Source: Tubiluchus corallicola (taxonomy: Eukaryota > Animalia > Priapulida). Taken from it: a stretch of 64,000 nucleotides of DNA. The stretch is from the NCBI GenBank assembly GCA_030141605.1, contig JAQGDQ010000019.1, positions 1,116,001 through 1,180,000 of the forward strand. Reading direction: 5' to 3'. Positions 38,716 through 52,350 of this stretch are shown here, piece after piece (position 1 is the stretch's first letter; every line of letters begins with the position of its first letter). A program made the position numbers and the translations under genes. Under the pieces are notes generated by a model. It worked only from the letters and a program-made list of their open reading frames with translations. It was not told the DNA's origin and ran no database searches.

Positions 38716-41319
38716 TGTTACTCCGTTCCTGCATACCGTTGCTTTGGTTTTTGTAGAGTTGTAATTCCGTATATACAGTAGTTAATCATCAATTATCTAC
38801 CAGCTAATTATCTTAGGTACGAACGTCGTAGGAACTCTTATCTCTGTGGTGCATCTAAAAAAATAGGATTTTGATCAGCCAGAAGTGTAACTGTGCAATG
38901 GCCTAATATTGTTAGAATATGCTTTGGTCACTGAACGGGAATTTGATTGTTTTCTGGGGCGAAAAAGCAAACTCTAATTCTCCTGTGAGATTTATTCCTC
39001 TGAAAAGGTGAAGTAAGTTTTAGCTGATCGTCGCTTTGGACGCGCTTATATCATTCAAACAATATTGATTGCTAGTAGGCGTGTTCATTCTTTTTATTAA
39101 TTTTTGCAGTGCAATTTGCTTTCATTTGCGTGACATTCTGCCCTTTTACGACTGATTATTTACACACCACATGCTGGAGAACGATGTAAAATTAAATTGT
39201 AAATGAATTCACACAAGGCTTTATACAACTATTGTTAATTCTCCAAACATTTTTGTATGTGCAGCCGTAGGTACATAAACATGCTCTAGACAGGTACGAT
39301 AGTCTGACAGAATCATTTGACTGAATCTGAATCAGCGTCAAATCATAGCCGTAAAATGTTTTTAAAAACAGAAAAATACAAATAATTTTTTCAGTTGAAT
39401 TTCGCTCTTTGTTATGTTGCTAACCAATACTTGCTTGCCAAATAGTGAGGCATCCCTAATAACCGGCACTGACTAATATCTCTTCCGCTTGCATTTCTAA
39501 TGTGCTATACATTCTTGTGCATAATTACATAATCCTTGAATTTCCGCTTTCATAAGTGAAATTATATGCTGTTCTCCTGATATTGATGATATTATTACTT
39601 TTTCTCCATTTCTTTTCCTTGTTCCGAACCCTTGTCAGAATCGTCGTCATCGTCACGACAGCAACAGCACCAGATTAATGCGCAAAATGCTGCGCATTTG
39701 GCCAGCCTTTTAGCTCGACGATACCTGCTACGCAAACCCATTCTGTGGCTTTAACAAAGTTACTTTGTGTAGCACTTTACGCAACTGTGTATATTCACAC
39801 TTCGTATCTTCTTAGCTTTTAACCGTCTTTAGACTAAAGTCTTTAGATTTAACCGTCTTATTTCAAATTATGGCCATCAGGATGGTGTAAATTATACAAT
39901 AATGTAAGTCATAAGCTTTCAGCCCAAATTTAGCACCTTTTCAAGTTCTGAATTTTACCGTAATTTGTCACTAGTCCTTCTTTTTTGCACGTTGTCTTGC
40001 AGTAGAAGAAAAGTATACCTCAGTTGTATAAAGATTCCCGTATTATGACGCGAATTTTATATGGTAAATTCAGTCATTCCCAGCACTTACACTACTTCAC
40101 ATGGAACAAAATAGTTTACACGCCCATACACACTGTCACCCACCAAACTGGTTCACCCGGTGAAGGCTATTATAATGTACAGGTTTAGGATTTTCACACA
40201 GACTTAAATTATTGTTACGGTTCGCTTCGTCAGTTTTGGCAAAAAAGTATTATTAGTTCAACATGCACTGAAACTGAAAGACATTGTAAATGAAGGTTAC
40301 CGGGCGGCTACTGGATGACTTTTATGCTATTCTTTTACTGATAGTCAGTTATCTTTTATTTCACTAGCATTTTTTCAAGTATTGCCTTCAGTAGAACTTG
40401 TCACAATTTCAGTGACTCTTTTTGTACTCAATATGATGTTATCGTGCTGAGAAAATCAGCTTGGTTGTCAATCGCATCTTACCTCGCATCAGTTGTCAGT
40501 TAACAGAACTCTCTTGTAAAGAATACGTGGTGACATTTTTATATATGTTGGCTGTTGAGTTGTATAAGCTTGCTATCGATACTTTAATGCATTTTTGGTG
40601 TACTAACAAAAGTAATGAAGCCCATGAAAAGACGCTTCTCTATCATACATCTGAAGCAACTTCAAGCAAGATTCCAAGCACTCCATGCATATACAAGGCC
40701 CACTGTCCCAAGTTTGAAGATTCGTGTGTGGACACTCAGGGTTTGCAAACTTTCCCAAAGCGCTAGCAATATTCAACTTGGCGTTATTCATTCCTGGCAC
40801 TCAGAACATGCATTAAAATAGTTTTTTGTTTATTTTACTTTGTATTCCGCCAGTGTACTCATATATGTAATGTAGTACGTGTAGGCATGTCAGAACACTG
40901 AGGCTGTCCACCGTTAAAAGTGATTTTTACACATTACACGTTTTATGTGAAAAGGTTTACATCGTCCAGTTATCATAAGTAGGGGCGTGTATAGGTGAAA
41001 GTCAATATTTAAACCACTCGCCCACTGGTTTACAGCACTTTTGTAACAGTAGCCTATGAATAACCCACCCATTTACTATAACTATACATGCTGAGCTGAG
41101 CTACACACATTTTCTCTACACATTGTACACAGAACACAAAATGATACTTTTTTATGGTTTAGTTTCAGTACTAACTTTCAAAGTCACAGTATATTTTTTC
41201 TCATTATAACCATTATTTTCATGTTTGATGATCAGTCAGTGTTCCGTCTTTCGGTCACGTAACAAAATCGCTACGCATCCGGGTGTTGTTTTTATTCTTG
41301 TCGGCCTTATTCTTATTGT

Positions 41320-41720
41320 TTGGGATAGCCTTTTTGAAAAAAAGCCCAATGATCCGCCAATTACAACGGGTTGTTATGAAATCTTGTATAGGCATGTACT
41401 GGAGCAAATTCAGCATCAACTGATATAGTCGGATTTTCAATCAGCTCACGGCCCCGTCATTTCGTAATGCATCGTCGTGAAACTTTACAGAAATATACTA
41501 AAGCAAATTCTGCATCTATTGGCGGAGTCGGATTTTTGACCTCTCATCTTGAATTCTATATGGCAGCAATAACATCATTTTCGAAAAAAGCCAAAAGTTC
41601 TACCAGTTTGCAACGGATCGCCATATAGCTCTACAGAAATATATTAGAACGAGATCTGCCTCGATTCACAGAGTCTGATTTTCAATTTATCATCTTAAAT
41701 TCAAGATGGCGGCATTGGCG
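41320..41720 (+). repeat. Degenerate three-unit repeat array, probably transposon-internal
   Basis: Related cores near 41378, 41479 and 41626 (...acagaaatatact/att..agcaaattc.gcatc.....agtcggatttt..). Ends with CAAGATGGCGGC. Confidence 0.55.
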
Positions 41721-44700
41721 TTAATTTTACTCATCATCTTTAATCCGTCGATCAGTAGTTCGAGCCAGTTTTGTTTCTTCTTTTGTTTTGAGTCAAAATG
41801 AGTTTTTGACGAGTTTATGAGCTCAAAAAATCAAATTATTGTAAAACAAAATATGTAATTAATTTCTCTGATTTTGTTTTGGTTTTTACTGATATATGCG
41901 CATGATCGCTTACAGTAAATTAATGTAGTTCCATCAGTGATGTAAGGCATAGTAGGACATGTCTATATTAGATGAATAGTACAGTCATGCATAAGGGGTC
42001 TTTTGACTTTCGGTTATACTAATTTTAGCTTAGCTGTTGGCATACGTTATCTGTTCTGTTCCGTCGCACAAGAGAAACAAAGATCATGACAATAAGCGAG
42101 CAGTTTTTGCAATGTCTGCATGAACATGGAATTATAACGTCCTCCAGCAGGACGACAGCGCCGTACACGTTCTGTTTTTATCCCCAAGGAATGCTGTCCT
42201 ACTTTCTGGCTTCATCATTGGCGATGACCTTGAGTGAGCATAGAGAGAAGAAGAAAATGCAATTATACAGCGCTGTAGAAGCTCGCTTTTGTCGATATAT
42301 GTGCGTGTGTCCTCTTATTGTATGTTGGTCTTTGACTCCTTTTCCTATGAGAGGGCCCGTCGGTTTGTCTTGATTTAGCCTATTTACCATAGGGAATATG
42401 ATGTAGGGAGATTTGTTCAAGTACATCTGCAAAACATGTAATTAGTGGTAATAATTAGCGCTGGCAGATGTGACATTCTTGATATTATCTACTTACGCAG
42501 TCTGTCATTATAAATGTATTGCAATAATCAAGGAGATGAAGCCACAGTGTTAAGCACATGGGAAAGATCTCAGTTAACGTCGCTTAAATTTTCTGAAAAG
42601 CAATAACATGAGACCAGGTGTCAGCTACTTTTACTGTTGTGGCTTTGGTTATTAGATAAATTTAATAAATTTATATGGACGACTGGCACATTGTTAAAAT
42701 TCTATCTTTAACTGCCTTTGTCGAATGAACAAATTCGAGTTATGTTCAGACAATTTCACTGTATAGTCATTGTCAATTGTGTTCACTAAAAGTAGGCTGA
42801 GAATATATGAAGAGCCCCGCCCAACCTTCCCCTCATTAAAAAAATCAATTCGCTACTGGCGCAGAGGTCCCTAAACAGTGTGCTAAGAATAACAGCGGGA
42901 CTCGGCATCCGTCTACGGACGTGGAAAATCCCCTAATTGACCAATCGGTTTCAACTGCGTGGAAAATTTATCTAATTTTGTTGTGCAAACTGCGGACATG
43001 TGTCATCCGCCTTCGCTGTCGCCTCCTTGACGCTTGTGCGCCCAGGACTTCAATGTCGTAATGATGTGGGAAGGTGACTTCATGTGTGTGTAAAGCTTCT
43101 ATAGTACAGAGATCGATAATTGATTTGCCTAGTTCTTTGAGAGAGGTTTTATAGATTTCTAGAGTATCCTGGCCTTTGCAGTAAAATATTTGATGATTTT
43201 TATGAAAGGCTTAGTGATCCACTTACTTTCTCTCATTTCTCTTATAAAGCGCCTGAATAGTACAACATAAATGTTTTAATTGTGATATTTGAACAAGTTT
43301 CAAGCTCGAGCCCAGTGCTATTCATCAAACGCCAATATGCGTTAATATGTTAATTGCATACGCTAACATTTGTTTTCTGGTGATCTGAGTAGTTTTGTGG
43401 AGCTAAATGGCTATAGCCGTATGATTATGGGGCTATGGCTATACTGGGAAAAAGTTTATTTCGGAGAACGCTGTAAGTGCAACGTTAGTTGTCAATGTTC
43501 ATGGATTCTGCTGTTTTATTCATGGTTAATGGACTCGTCTGTAGCCTCCACTCAGTCTTTGTTTTGATTTCGACTCATTTGAATATTGCTAATGAGGTTT
43601 ATTATCCTGATAAATCGACACTGGGTCGATACGCACGCTCCTCTGATGTGTGCATCAAAACTCAAGTGCATTATTGCCGCGTTGTTTAACCCTCTAGAGA
43701 CCAGTGCTTGTTCACGCAAACTTGATTGTTTGGGTTTGAAGATTTTGCGGAAAAAACTCGATTGCCTTTGTTTCGGATTTCCAATTCCTTATTACTCTTT
43801 TCGGTGTTAGTGATTTCACAAGTAGCTTGCTGTTTATTCTGACTGTTGCGACTCAGCCATTTTCTATCTGTTCTCTTGATTAGGGTGTTCGAGTTTTTGC
43901 AACTATTTTTATTATTATTCGATTCATGTAAACATGTGCATGTGTGACACTTTCAAGTCAGTTATTATTACGATGTGTTTTCAATATTTCTTTTTTCACA
44001 AGTAGGTATGCATAAAAATGACTGAGTATGTACTTGAATAATGCTCGTTGTTCTCGTATTTGCCACACGTAAGTCGCAGATCATTCAAATGAAGTTACCA
44101 CTTTTTGTTTCCCACAGAAATGCATTTTGGAAGAATTTCTTTGCTTTAAACATACGTAAAAAAACAAGCTCGTACACCGTGCAAGAAGTCTATATTTAGA
44201 TAGCCGAGTTCTGTCCTGCGACATTTATAACCATTTTGGTATCTTTTGAAGGGCTAAATATTGCGCTTAGCACTATGCAATATTCACAATACGGTGAAGC
44301 CGGCACTTTTTAATCAATGAAAGCGAATCAGGTCAACAGGTCTATAAAATTTATTGCTTTTATACGGTTTAAGCAGACTTTATCTTATTTAGCTTCTTCG
44401 CGGTCGTTTCATTGAACTCGCAAGGAGATGCGTACATGGAGTACTGCTTATCGAGAGGAAAATAACACCGTAAATTTTAGTGGGACACTTAAACGAGATG
44501 GTGAAACCATACATATACGTGCGGAACGATGGGCTGTTCTTGCAAACAAATTGTCACGCCGTGTATAGGCACGAGTACTAACATTTGAAAGCACAAAATG
44601 CACACTGTTTTTGTGACATGGCTGCTGTGATGACAGATGGATAAAGATCGCAAAGTTAAATTTACATGTCATAGCTCTATGATTTTGAATACAGTTTAGC

Positions 44701-47700
44701 TAATAATAGTTGCGCGGATAGTTGGTAAACTTCATATAAAAGCGTCAAGTTCCAAATTCAAAAGAAACAAATAATTAATAATACGTCTTCTTAAAAGAAA
44801 TCTGACTCGTTCTTAAACTATATAGCTCAAAGCTCCACAAAGCTCTACCCTATTTTCTTTAGGGAAACCTAATCCAATCTTAAACTATAGCTCAAAACAA
44901 TCTTCCTTATTAAATATTGAAAGGAGACACTATTTTTAAAGAATATTATTGCGTAAAAGAATTATTAATACAGAAACATAATTTTGCGACTAGTTCTTCG
45001 CTGTTACATGCATTTTGCCATTCATTAGTTAGATGCGCACTACCGCTTGCATTTCGGAAGCGCCTTGCAAAAAACAGGTGCTGTACCTCTCAGTTCAGAT
45101 ATGTTCAATTGTTACGTAGTACACACGTTCGAGAGCTCATGCGTGAGCATAGCAATGTATAGTAACACTGTATATCAATTTTCGCTTTTGCAATGGAATA
45201 CGTGGAATATTTGCGTTGTAGAAAATTATGTACAGTTACGATGTCATCCCTAGTTGGGCTCGTCTGCCGCTAATTGAGTTTTTAACACGTTGTTTAATTA
45301 CGAAAAAAGCTTCGGTATTATTATAGGTCTTAAAATGTATACTTTTTTACCGTACCTTTCCTTTTAGGCACTGCCACACCCCCGCGCTAAATGAGTGAAA
45401 CGTTTTCGCAGCGAAGCCTCAGCACGATCAAACTTTGGTGCCCAGCTTCCAGGCGCCATCGGTGACTGATGTGAATGAGATGGAATTTTTGTTTTCATTT
45501 CATATAAAATATACATCCAAATGAAATTTTAAACAGTTTTTGGTGCCAAACCGCGCCAGGAATGCAGCATCTTGAAATCAAAACAGTCAATCTTTGTTAT
45601 TTCGGTAAAAACTATGAAACATTTGATGGCGATCATTTCTAATACGTAGAAATTGACTTAGTGGTTCTGGAAGAAGCAACAGTAATGTAGACGCCAGCAT
45701 GTCACTTGGCATAACACGTTTATGTACATTATGAAATAGCGTGGCTTCGGGTGACAGTGAATTAATTTAACATGGTCATGATATATATTGACATACGTAT
45801 GATATTCGATATGCAGGGCAGATATGCGTCATTCAAAATATTTATTTTTTATCCAATGACATTTTCAGCCTTTTACCTCTTTTTATCACATGTTAATTAA
45901 AAAGGAACCAGCTTAAAGTGTTTCCCGGTCTTTCCTCTCGATGGATGGCACCACACGTTTGACGTTATATTAACAGCATTATTATATATTATACAGCATA
46001 CATATGTTATATATTTTACAGCAACTTGCAGTTTATGTTAAAATTTTCATTTTATGTCAAACATAAGAACTTTATTTTTACATATCTTATAATTTATAGC
46101 ATGTAATCAATGGATGAAACTAAGTGTTTAAGTATGCAGGAAGTATGGGTTTACTCTCTCCCCCTAAACAAAGTGAAATATCTGGTTTTAATCTGGTTAA
46201 GATTGTAGACTACACTAAAGTTATTTTACTAAAACAATGTATCTTGTTATTTTTTAACTTGTGGTTGTCCTTATATTTTCATTGTTACTGCATTAATTAA
46301 AATTCACATTAATATGGAAGCCTATCTTACGAAGTCTATTTTAATTAATTCTTTCAATACTTAGTTGGCAGAATAAGAAATTAGTTGTTATGCGACTTGA
46401 TACAAGAAAACAAAATAAAAAGTTTTGATTTTTTATTTTAAACATAAAATGAACAATCATCACACCGAGACCTTCTCAACGAATGTTGTTTCTCACGCTG
46501 CATCAGTAACACCTTTGATGGGGAAGCCCTCCAAGGTTGGCTCCAGGGTGGCATGTAACTTGGTTATGTAAATACGCACCTCCATGCATCATGCACGTGC
46601 GCTTACGTTATGAATCGTGGTGATTAAGGCCAACATTAATTGCATGGAGTCTGCGTCCGCCATCCTGGCGCCATGCACAATGAATGGCCATAATAGAATT
46701 GGGATGTTGTATTATACATGAGGGTGGTGGGTGGGTAACAATGACACACAGCAGAAGAACCCGAATTCATTGAAGAATGATGTTATTGTTTGGAATTTAA
46801 ATAATTCAATTTGCGTGGGATTAATATTATAGCCTAATAGACTAATCTGGATACTATGAGGAAAGCCTGACCTGTGACCAAATAAGCAAATGAATAAAAT
46901 GGTCTTTTTCAATGTTTAATTGAGCAATATGTAATTATTCATCATTTGTAATCCAATATAGTATAATTTGTTGCATGATTTCCATAGCGACCAGCGGTTA
47001 TAGTTGCATGCCAAGCAAACCCACTGTGGCTAGCAAATTGTCCTTAATTTGCCAAATTCATGTTAATGATGTTATATGAAGCATAAATATACGGCAAATC
47101 TTGCAAAGCGGTACTAGCCAGTATTGTTAATCCAATAATACAAATGTTTATTGCTGTATATTTTAAATACATTTTTCTTATGATTATATGTAAGGCTAAC
47201 TGACGTTCGCTGGAATTAAAATTTTAGGATTATTGCTATAGCGTGCAACCCATGCGGAATAGTTACTGGTTTTTTTTATGCTGAATAATTTGAGATTTGA
47301 TTCAGCGCTTGGTTCACAACATCTGGTTGCCCTTTTTGCACAGAGCCGAGAATAGACGTGTCCTTCAGGTTGCATTAATTTTATAATTCATCGCATGCTG
47401 AGGCAGCCAGCGATACAGGAAATGTTATGGGTAATGCAAACAGGCTTCTGAAATTAATTTATGGTGAGGCTCTAAATAGTGAGTTTCCTTGCTGTGTTTG
47501 GTATAGCTTGTGTATACCTGTAGTACACATGCCCTACGCTGCATTGTTTCGTCTTTGACCTGCTTGTATGATCTGTATCTTGTCAGCTGAGAAACATAAT
47601 TATTCTGCTGTGCAAGTAAAAGTGAAATTTTACTTTTTGGTAGATGCATGTAGTTGCAGTTAACCGGTATCTTGCTCCCCTAGTGAGGAGTTGGATAGTC

Positions 47701-50700
47701 TATGTTGTGTATGTTCCATTCTAGGACTCCATTTGATAATACTAAAGCGTGTAATGGAAACCTGAATGGCTGATTTTCCGGTTAAATAAATCACTAGTGG
47801 CAAATTTCCCAAGAGACTGCTGTTAAGTTCTTTCAGCGTACTACAATTCGTAACTTGAACGTAAAATTTCCCAGCGGGCCTTAGGGAAAAGTCTAGGTCA
47901 TGAAACCTGCCTGCCCTCGAATACCTAAAATGTACCATAAATCGGTTAGGTCTATTTAAATGATTTAAGTCAGTAAATCTTTAAACTCTTGTTTCAGTAA
48001 CAAAAATGTTAATAAATATTTTTAGCGATTGCTTTGTTTAGTTTTGTGTCTGTGTCGACCATGATTACATAAATCACTGTTGCTTTTCTTTGTTTTTCTT
48101 TTTTTGTTTTCAATTTATTTTATTTATATATTTATTCAGTTCCTGTATGCACTGTTTTTTGTTATTGTACCACGCTAGTACAACCAAGAAAGTTTAAGAA
48201 CGAAAGTTCACATTATGTGTTGTAACTAAAAAGTTTCAATTTTGCATGTGCATGCTACTCTTGATGCAATTTTTTTCTTTTTTTTGTGTTTTGCCATGTA
48301 CCGTATAGCTTTTTAAGGGAATTAGAATATTTTTTTTAGAATCGATAATTCGTTGGACTAAGAAAATAAGTTTTTCCTTCCCTACACCTTTACCTGATAT
48401 TTTAAAATGTCTGAGTGAAAAATATTCTGATGCGCATGCAAACTACAGTGAACCATTACACTTTTTCTATCCATTGCTGTAAATCAACTGTGGTTTCAAT
48501 TTTAAATGAGGGTTTTTATGAGCGCTGGCTCGCTTGCATGAGCAATAAACCACTTGAATATGTGCTGATTTATGCGAATCACAAATGACGCTTTTTGTGT
48601 ACACGGCTTCGATTTTTTTTGCTGCTGAATCCCGTTTCCACATTTGCTTGTTCGTCTCTTTGTTTATCTATTTGTTCATTCAGTCAGTCAATCACTCATT
48701 TGTTTCGTTTTTATTTGTTTATTCACCAATAAGTTAATTCACATATTCCTTCGTTTATTCGTGGTTTTGTTGATTGGTTGGTTGGTTATTGTCTTGTTTG
48801 CTTGCTTATTTACATGTTTCTTGCTTTACATTTTGGCTCGATTGTCCCATGCTGCAGGGGAAGTGGGTCACCTTTACTCGATGCCCCGATGCCCGGTAAT
48901 CACCTCCATCTCATAAAATCCTAGACTTGGTTCCTTCATTCCGTGTGTACTATTTGCGTTACTATTTTAATCATTCTCACGGTGGTTACGTAGTTGGTAA
49001 ACATTACTATGTGATTATCACTACAAAAAACAAAAGTACTCGCCTTCTACTTGTTTACGATTTCCCAAGATAAATGTATGCAAAAATTTACCTAATGACT
49101 CGGTTCCATCTCTAGCGTGCCTGCTTAGTTAACGATTATATATTATTAGTTTGTTTATCTGCTGACGATTACATGGTTGATGGATCAATCATGGTTGGCT
49201 GGTTGACACGTTGCTTAGTTGGTTGAGACTAATTAGCTAATAACTGGGTGATTTGCTGGAAGCTAGGTCTTATGCTCGTAGATTTATTTTCCTTAGAAGA
49301 CATTTGCTGATTTTGTTTGACTGAACGTTTAAAACATTGTTTGTCAGCCGTTGTTATTTTCACTGACAGCAATCTTCCATACGTCTGTCAGCGCACGTAG
49401 CGTCTCTGTCAATCCATTCTGTCACCTATACCTCGGATAATGTACTTCCTACTGAGTCAATTTACAGCTTTGATGAAAATAAAAATCACAAAGTGGTTTC
49501 GCTTGCGTGTGTGAAGCCAATGCCTGCAACAGTTTCTCTGAACGTTTTGTTATCGCCATTTCAGCCTGGCAGATTGGAAATCGATGTTCACAATGTGGAG
49601 CTCTGACAGCACGCTTGAATTGTACTGGTAATGTTAACGCTAGGTGTGTGCTAAGTTGGCGCAGGTGACATAATGAGACAAACCTTGGTAAATTTCCGTT
49701 ACTTAACACTGTGCCAGGCTCCGTGCTCTCCTTGGACTTGCTGACATGGTAACCAAGAGCAAGACATGGTGGACTTTATCATTTGAGTTAGTTGGTCTTG
49801 CTCACTTTGGTCGTAAGTTAAACCAAAGGCTAGGGTTCGTCTTTTCGTTTATTTTATTCGTATATTGGTATATAATGTTGGTGTTTACATTATATTAGTT
49901 TATAACGTAGTTTGAAGTGAGACACATCGAGTCTCCTTAAGGGTGGGAATTATGAAATATACCGAATTTCGACATTTCATTTTGACTTTCTGTCCTTGGC
50001 AATTTCGTATTCTTAACCATAATGGAATCGTAAAGTTTGAATTTCGCGCGCAAAATACACATTATGGTGGTATGGTGGTATTTTCTAACAACCTCGTCGT
50101 CCATTAGGTATTTTCAATGCTTTATTAGGTACTAAGTTAATGTAAACGCTTGGCATGCCAAGCCTCATTAAGATTTCCCATGTGTATTCAGCTTCAGCAA
50201 CAGTTCACAATAGATTCTGAACAGAGTTTGTTCTGACCAGATGTTTACATTTGAGACGGGTAAGATCGTGGGCAAACAGTTGTTGTAAGTGAAGCTGGTG
50301 ATAGAGTTAAGACTAATGAAGCCAATCGCAACCCCGCCCACTCACTGAGATATATAGATGTCTTTTTATGACTTACAAAAAAAGTAGCGAGAAATTCTGG
50401 GTGAAAATTAATTATTTAGCCTCATCTTTTAGCGAGTTTAATTATTGCAACTTTATTCTTCTCTTTCTTCAAGCTCTATGTAAAATTGTCAACTGATTTG
50501 GTTATCTTCTGTGGTGATGTGATTGCCTGTCTTCCATCATCGTGTTAATGATGTGTATACAATGTTGTTGTCACTCTATATTTGTTTAAATTTGCAAGAT
50601 ATTAATTTACTTTGCCTCAGATGCTTCCAGCTGTTCATTGGCTTACTGTAATGCAAGAGCATTACATCAATATAAATGACGTTTAAGTGTACACTTACTT

Positions 50701-51350
50701 GATGCTTGCATGTTTTTGGTGCTTTCTTTTGGAGCCATAAACTTAAAACGAAAATTTCTCCTTTTGTCGTGTTCCAAGATTTATATTATTGTACGCATGA
50801 TTGATCTGATTTGTTGAATATTTGTGCTCAGCAGACTTGTCAGTTGATTATTTCATTTGGCTACCAATAATAATCGTCACTGTCTTAGCCACATGCTTCT
50901 GCATGTTGGCTTCATTTATTTTATTTACGCCGTCTTTATTTGAGCTCTTGGCGTTATGTTTCCAGCATGTGCTTAGACTTTTATAGTCATGTGGCCAGAG
51001 CAAAGTGGGCAGTTAAGTACCGCTCTTGGTCATTAATGAGAGCTGATTTCACATCTGAATCAACACGGAGCTGTTCTTATGTGACATGGTTAATGGTATA
51101 ATTGGCTGTTATGATACATGGTACTGATTCTGCTGAACTCGCTCCCACGGGGATATGTGATCTGTGTAAATAGTTGTTATTTTGTAAACAAATGGCCAGC
51201 AGCAGGGCGGGGGAGGAATCATAAACTTAATGTAGTTGTATCTCGATTTTTAGAGAATGTTTCGTCAAGCGGGATTCGACCTGCTTTCTATATACTTGTA
51301 TTGCATGTTTCTAGAACGTTCCTTTTCATTTGAACATACTTAACTTTTTG

Positions 51351-51476
51351 TCATCATCGTCATCATCATTATCATCATCGTCATCATCATCATCACTATT
51401 GTCATGGTCTTTGCCACCATCACTATTATATTAGCATTATTGCCATCAACGTCATCACCACCATCATCATCATTAT
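51351..51476 (+). repeat. (CAT)n imperfect trinucleotide repeat
   Basis: tcatcatcgtcatcatcattatcatcatc... Confidence 0.9.
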
Positions 51477-51983
51477 GCTCCTAGTCTTGTTTTGTCATTG
51501 TTCTTTTGAAAATGACAATGTGAAAAACTGAATGTGCAGAATAATTGTTAAAAGCTAAAGTTTTTTTTTAAAATGAGGAGGTTGGGATCATTATTCGCAC
51601 AGATTGTGTGTGACATTCTGAAGATATTTTATTTTGTGATTTAGTGGGTGTTTCATTGATGTCCTTTGATGTTGATACTCTGCCCTCGTCAAGGCTCTCT
51701 GGTGACTCAACACAGATGAAGAGTTGTGGATGAGATTAACCCCCGTATGGGGCTAATGCTTTCTAACCTTGCTACATCTCTGCGGACGGGGATGTTGTAA
51801 ATACATTATAGCAGTGGTCTACCCGGCGTACCCGCATTTAAAAATTATCAGCGTTCTTCTAGCTAGTTCTAATAAATGCAGTTGCTCACATTTATCTTCA
51901 CAGCGTAATTTAAGCAGCTATGAAGAAATAAACATACCTTGCGTGACACTAGGCCTTACGCCTACTGCTGCATTTCAGGGTAA

Positions 51984-52225
51984 TAGTAAACACATAAATA
52001 TACAAAAAGTCGAGATCAGCTGCCTATAACATACAAAGTACAAGCCCTTAACTACGTGTCAGTCTGACATAGGCTCGTCCCATTATTGGCTGTATAATGG
52101 ACTAGCAGTAAATTTTGTTCCTTGTGAACAAATAGATTACAAATTTATTCTGAAGTGTGACGAATAGAACATATGTATGTTATAGGCAGCTGATCTCGAC
52201 TTTTTGTATATTTATGTGTTTACTA
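51984..52225. mobile_element. Young MITE with a perfect 52-bp inverted repeat
   Basis: 51984-52035 is the exact reverse complement of 52174-52225, with a 138-bp spacer. The outermost TA on each side is compatible with a TA TSD (Tc1/mariner type). Confidence 0.85.
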
Positions 52226-52248
52226 CTAGTAAATGGTAGATGGTAAAT

Positions 52249-52350
<102 letters not shown>

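Noticed and set aside
42810-42950. Internal promoter (GC box plus CCAAT)
   Set aside because: The GC box lies in a segment ending ..TTCGCTACTGG, resembling the CAGTGGCG-type transposon end also seen near 59913, so it is more likely TE-derived.
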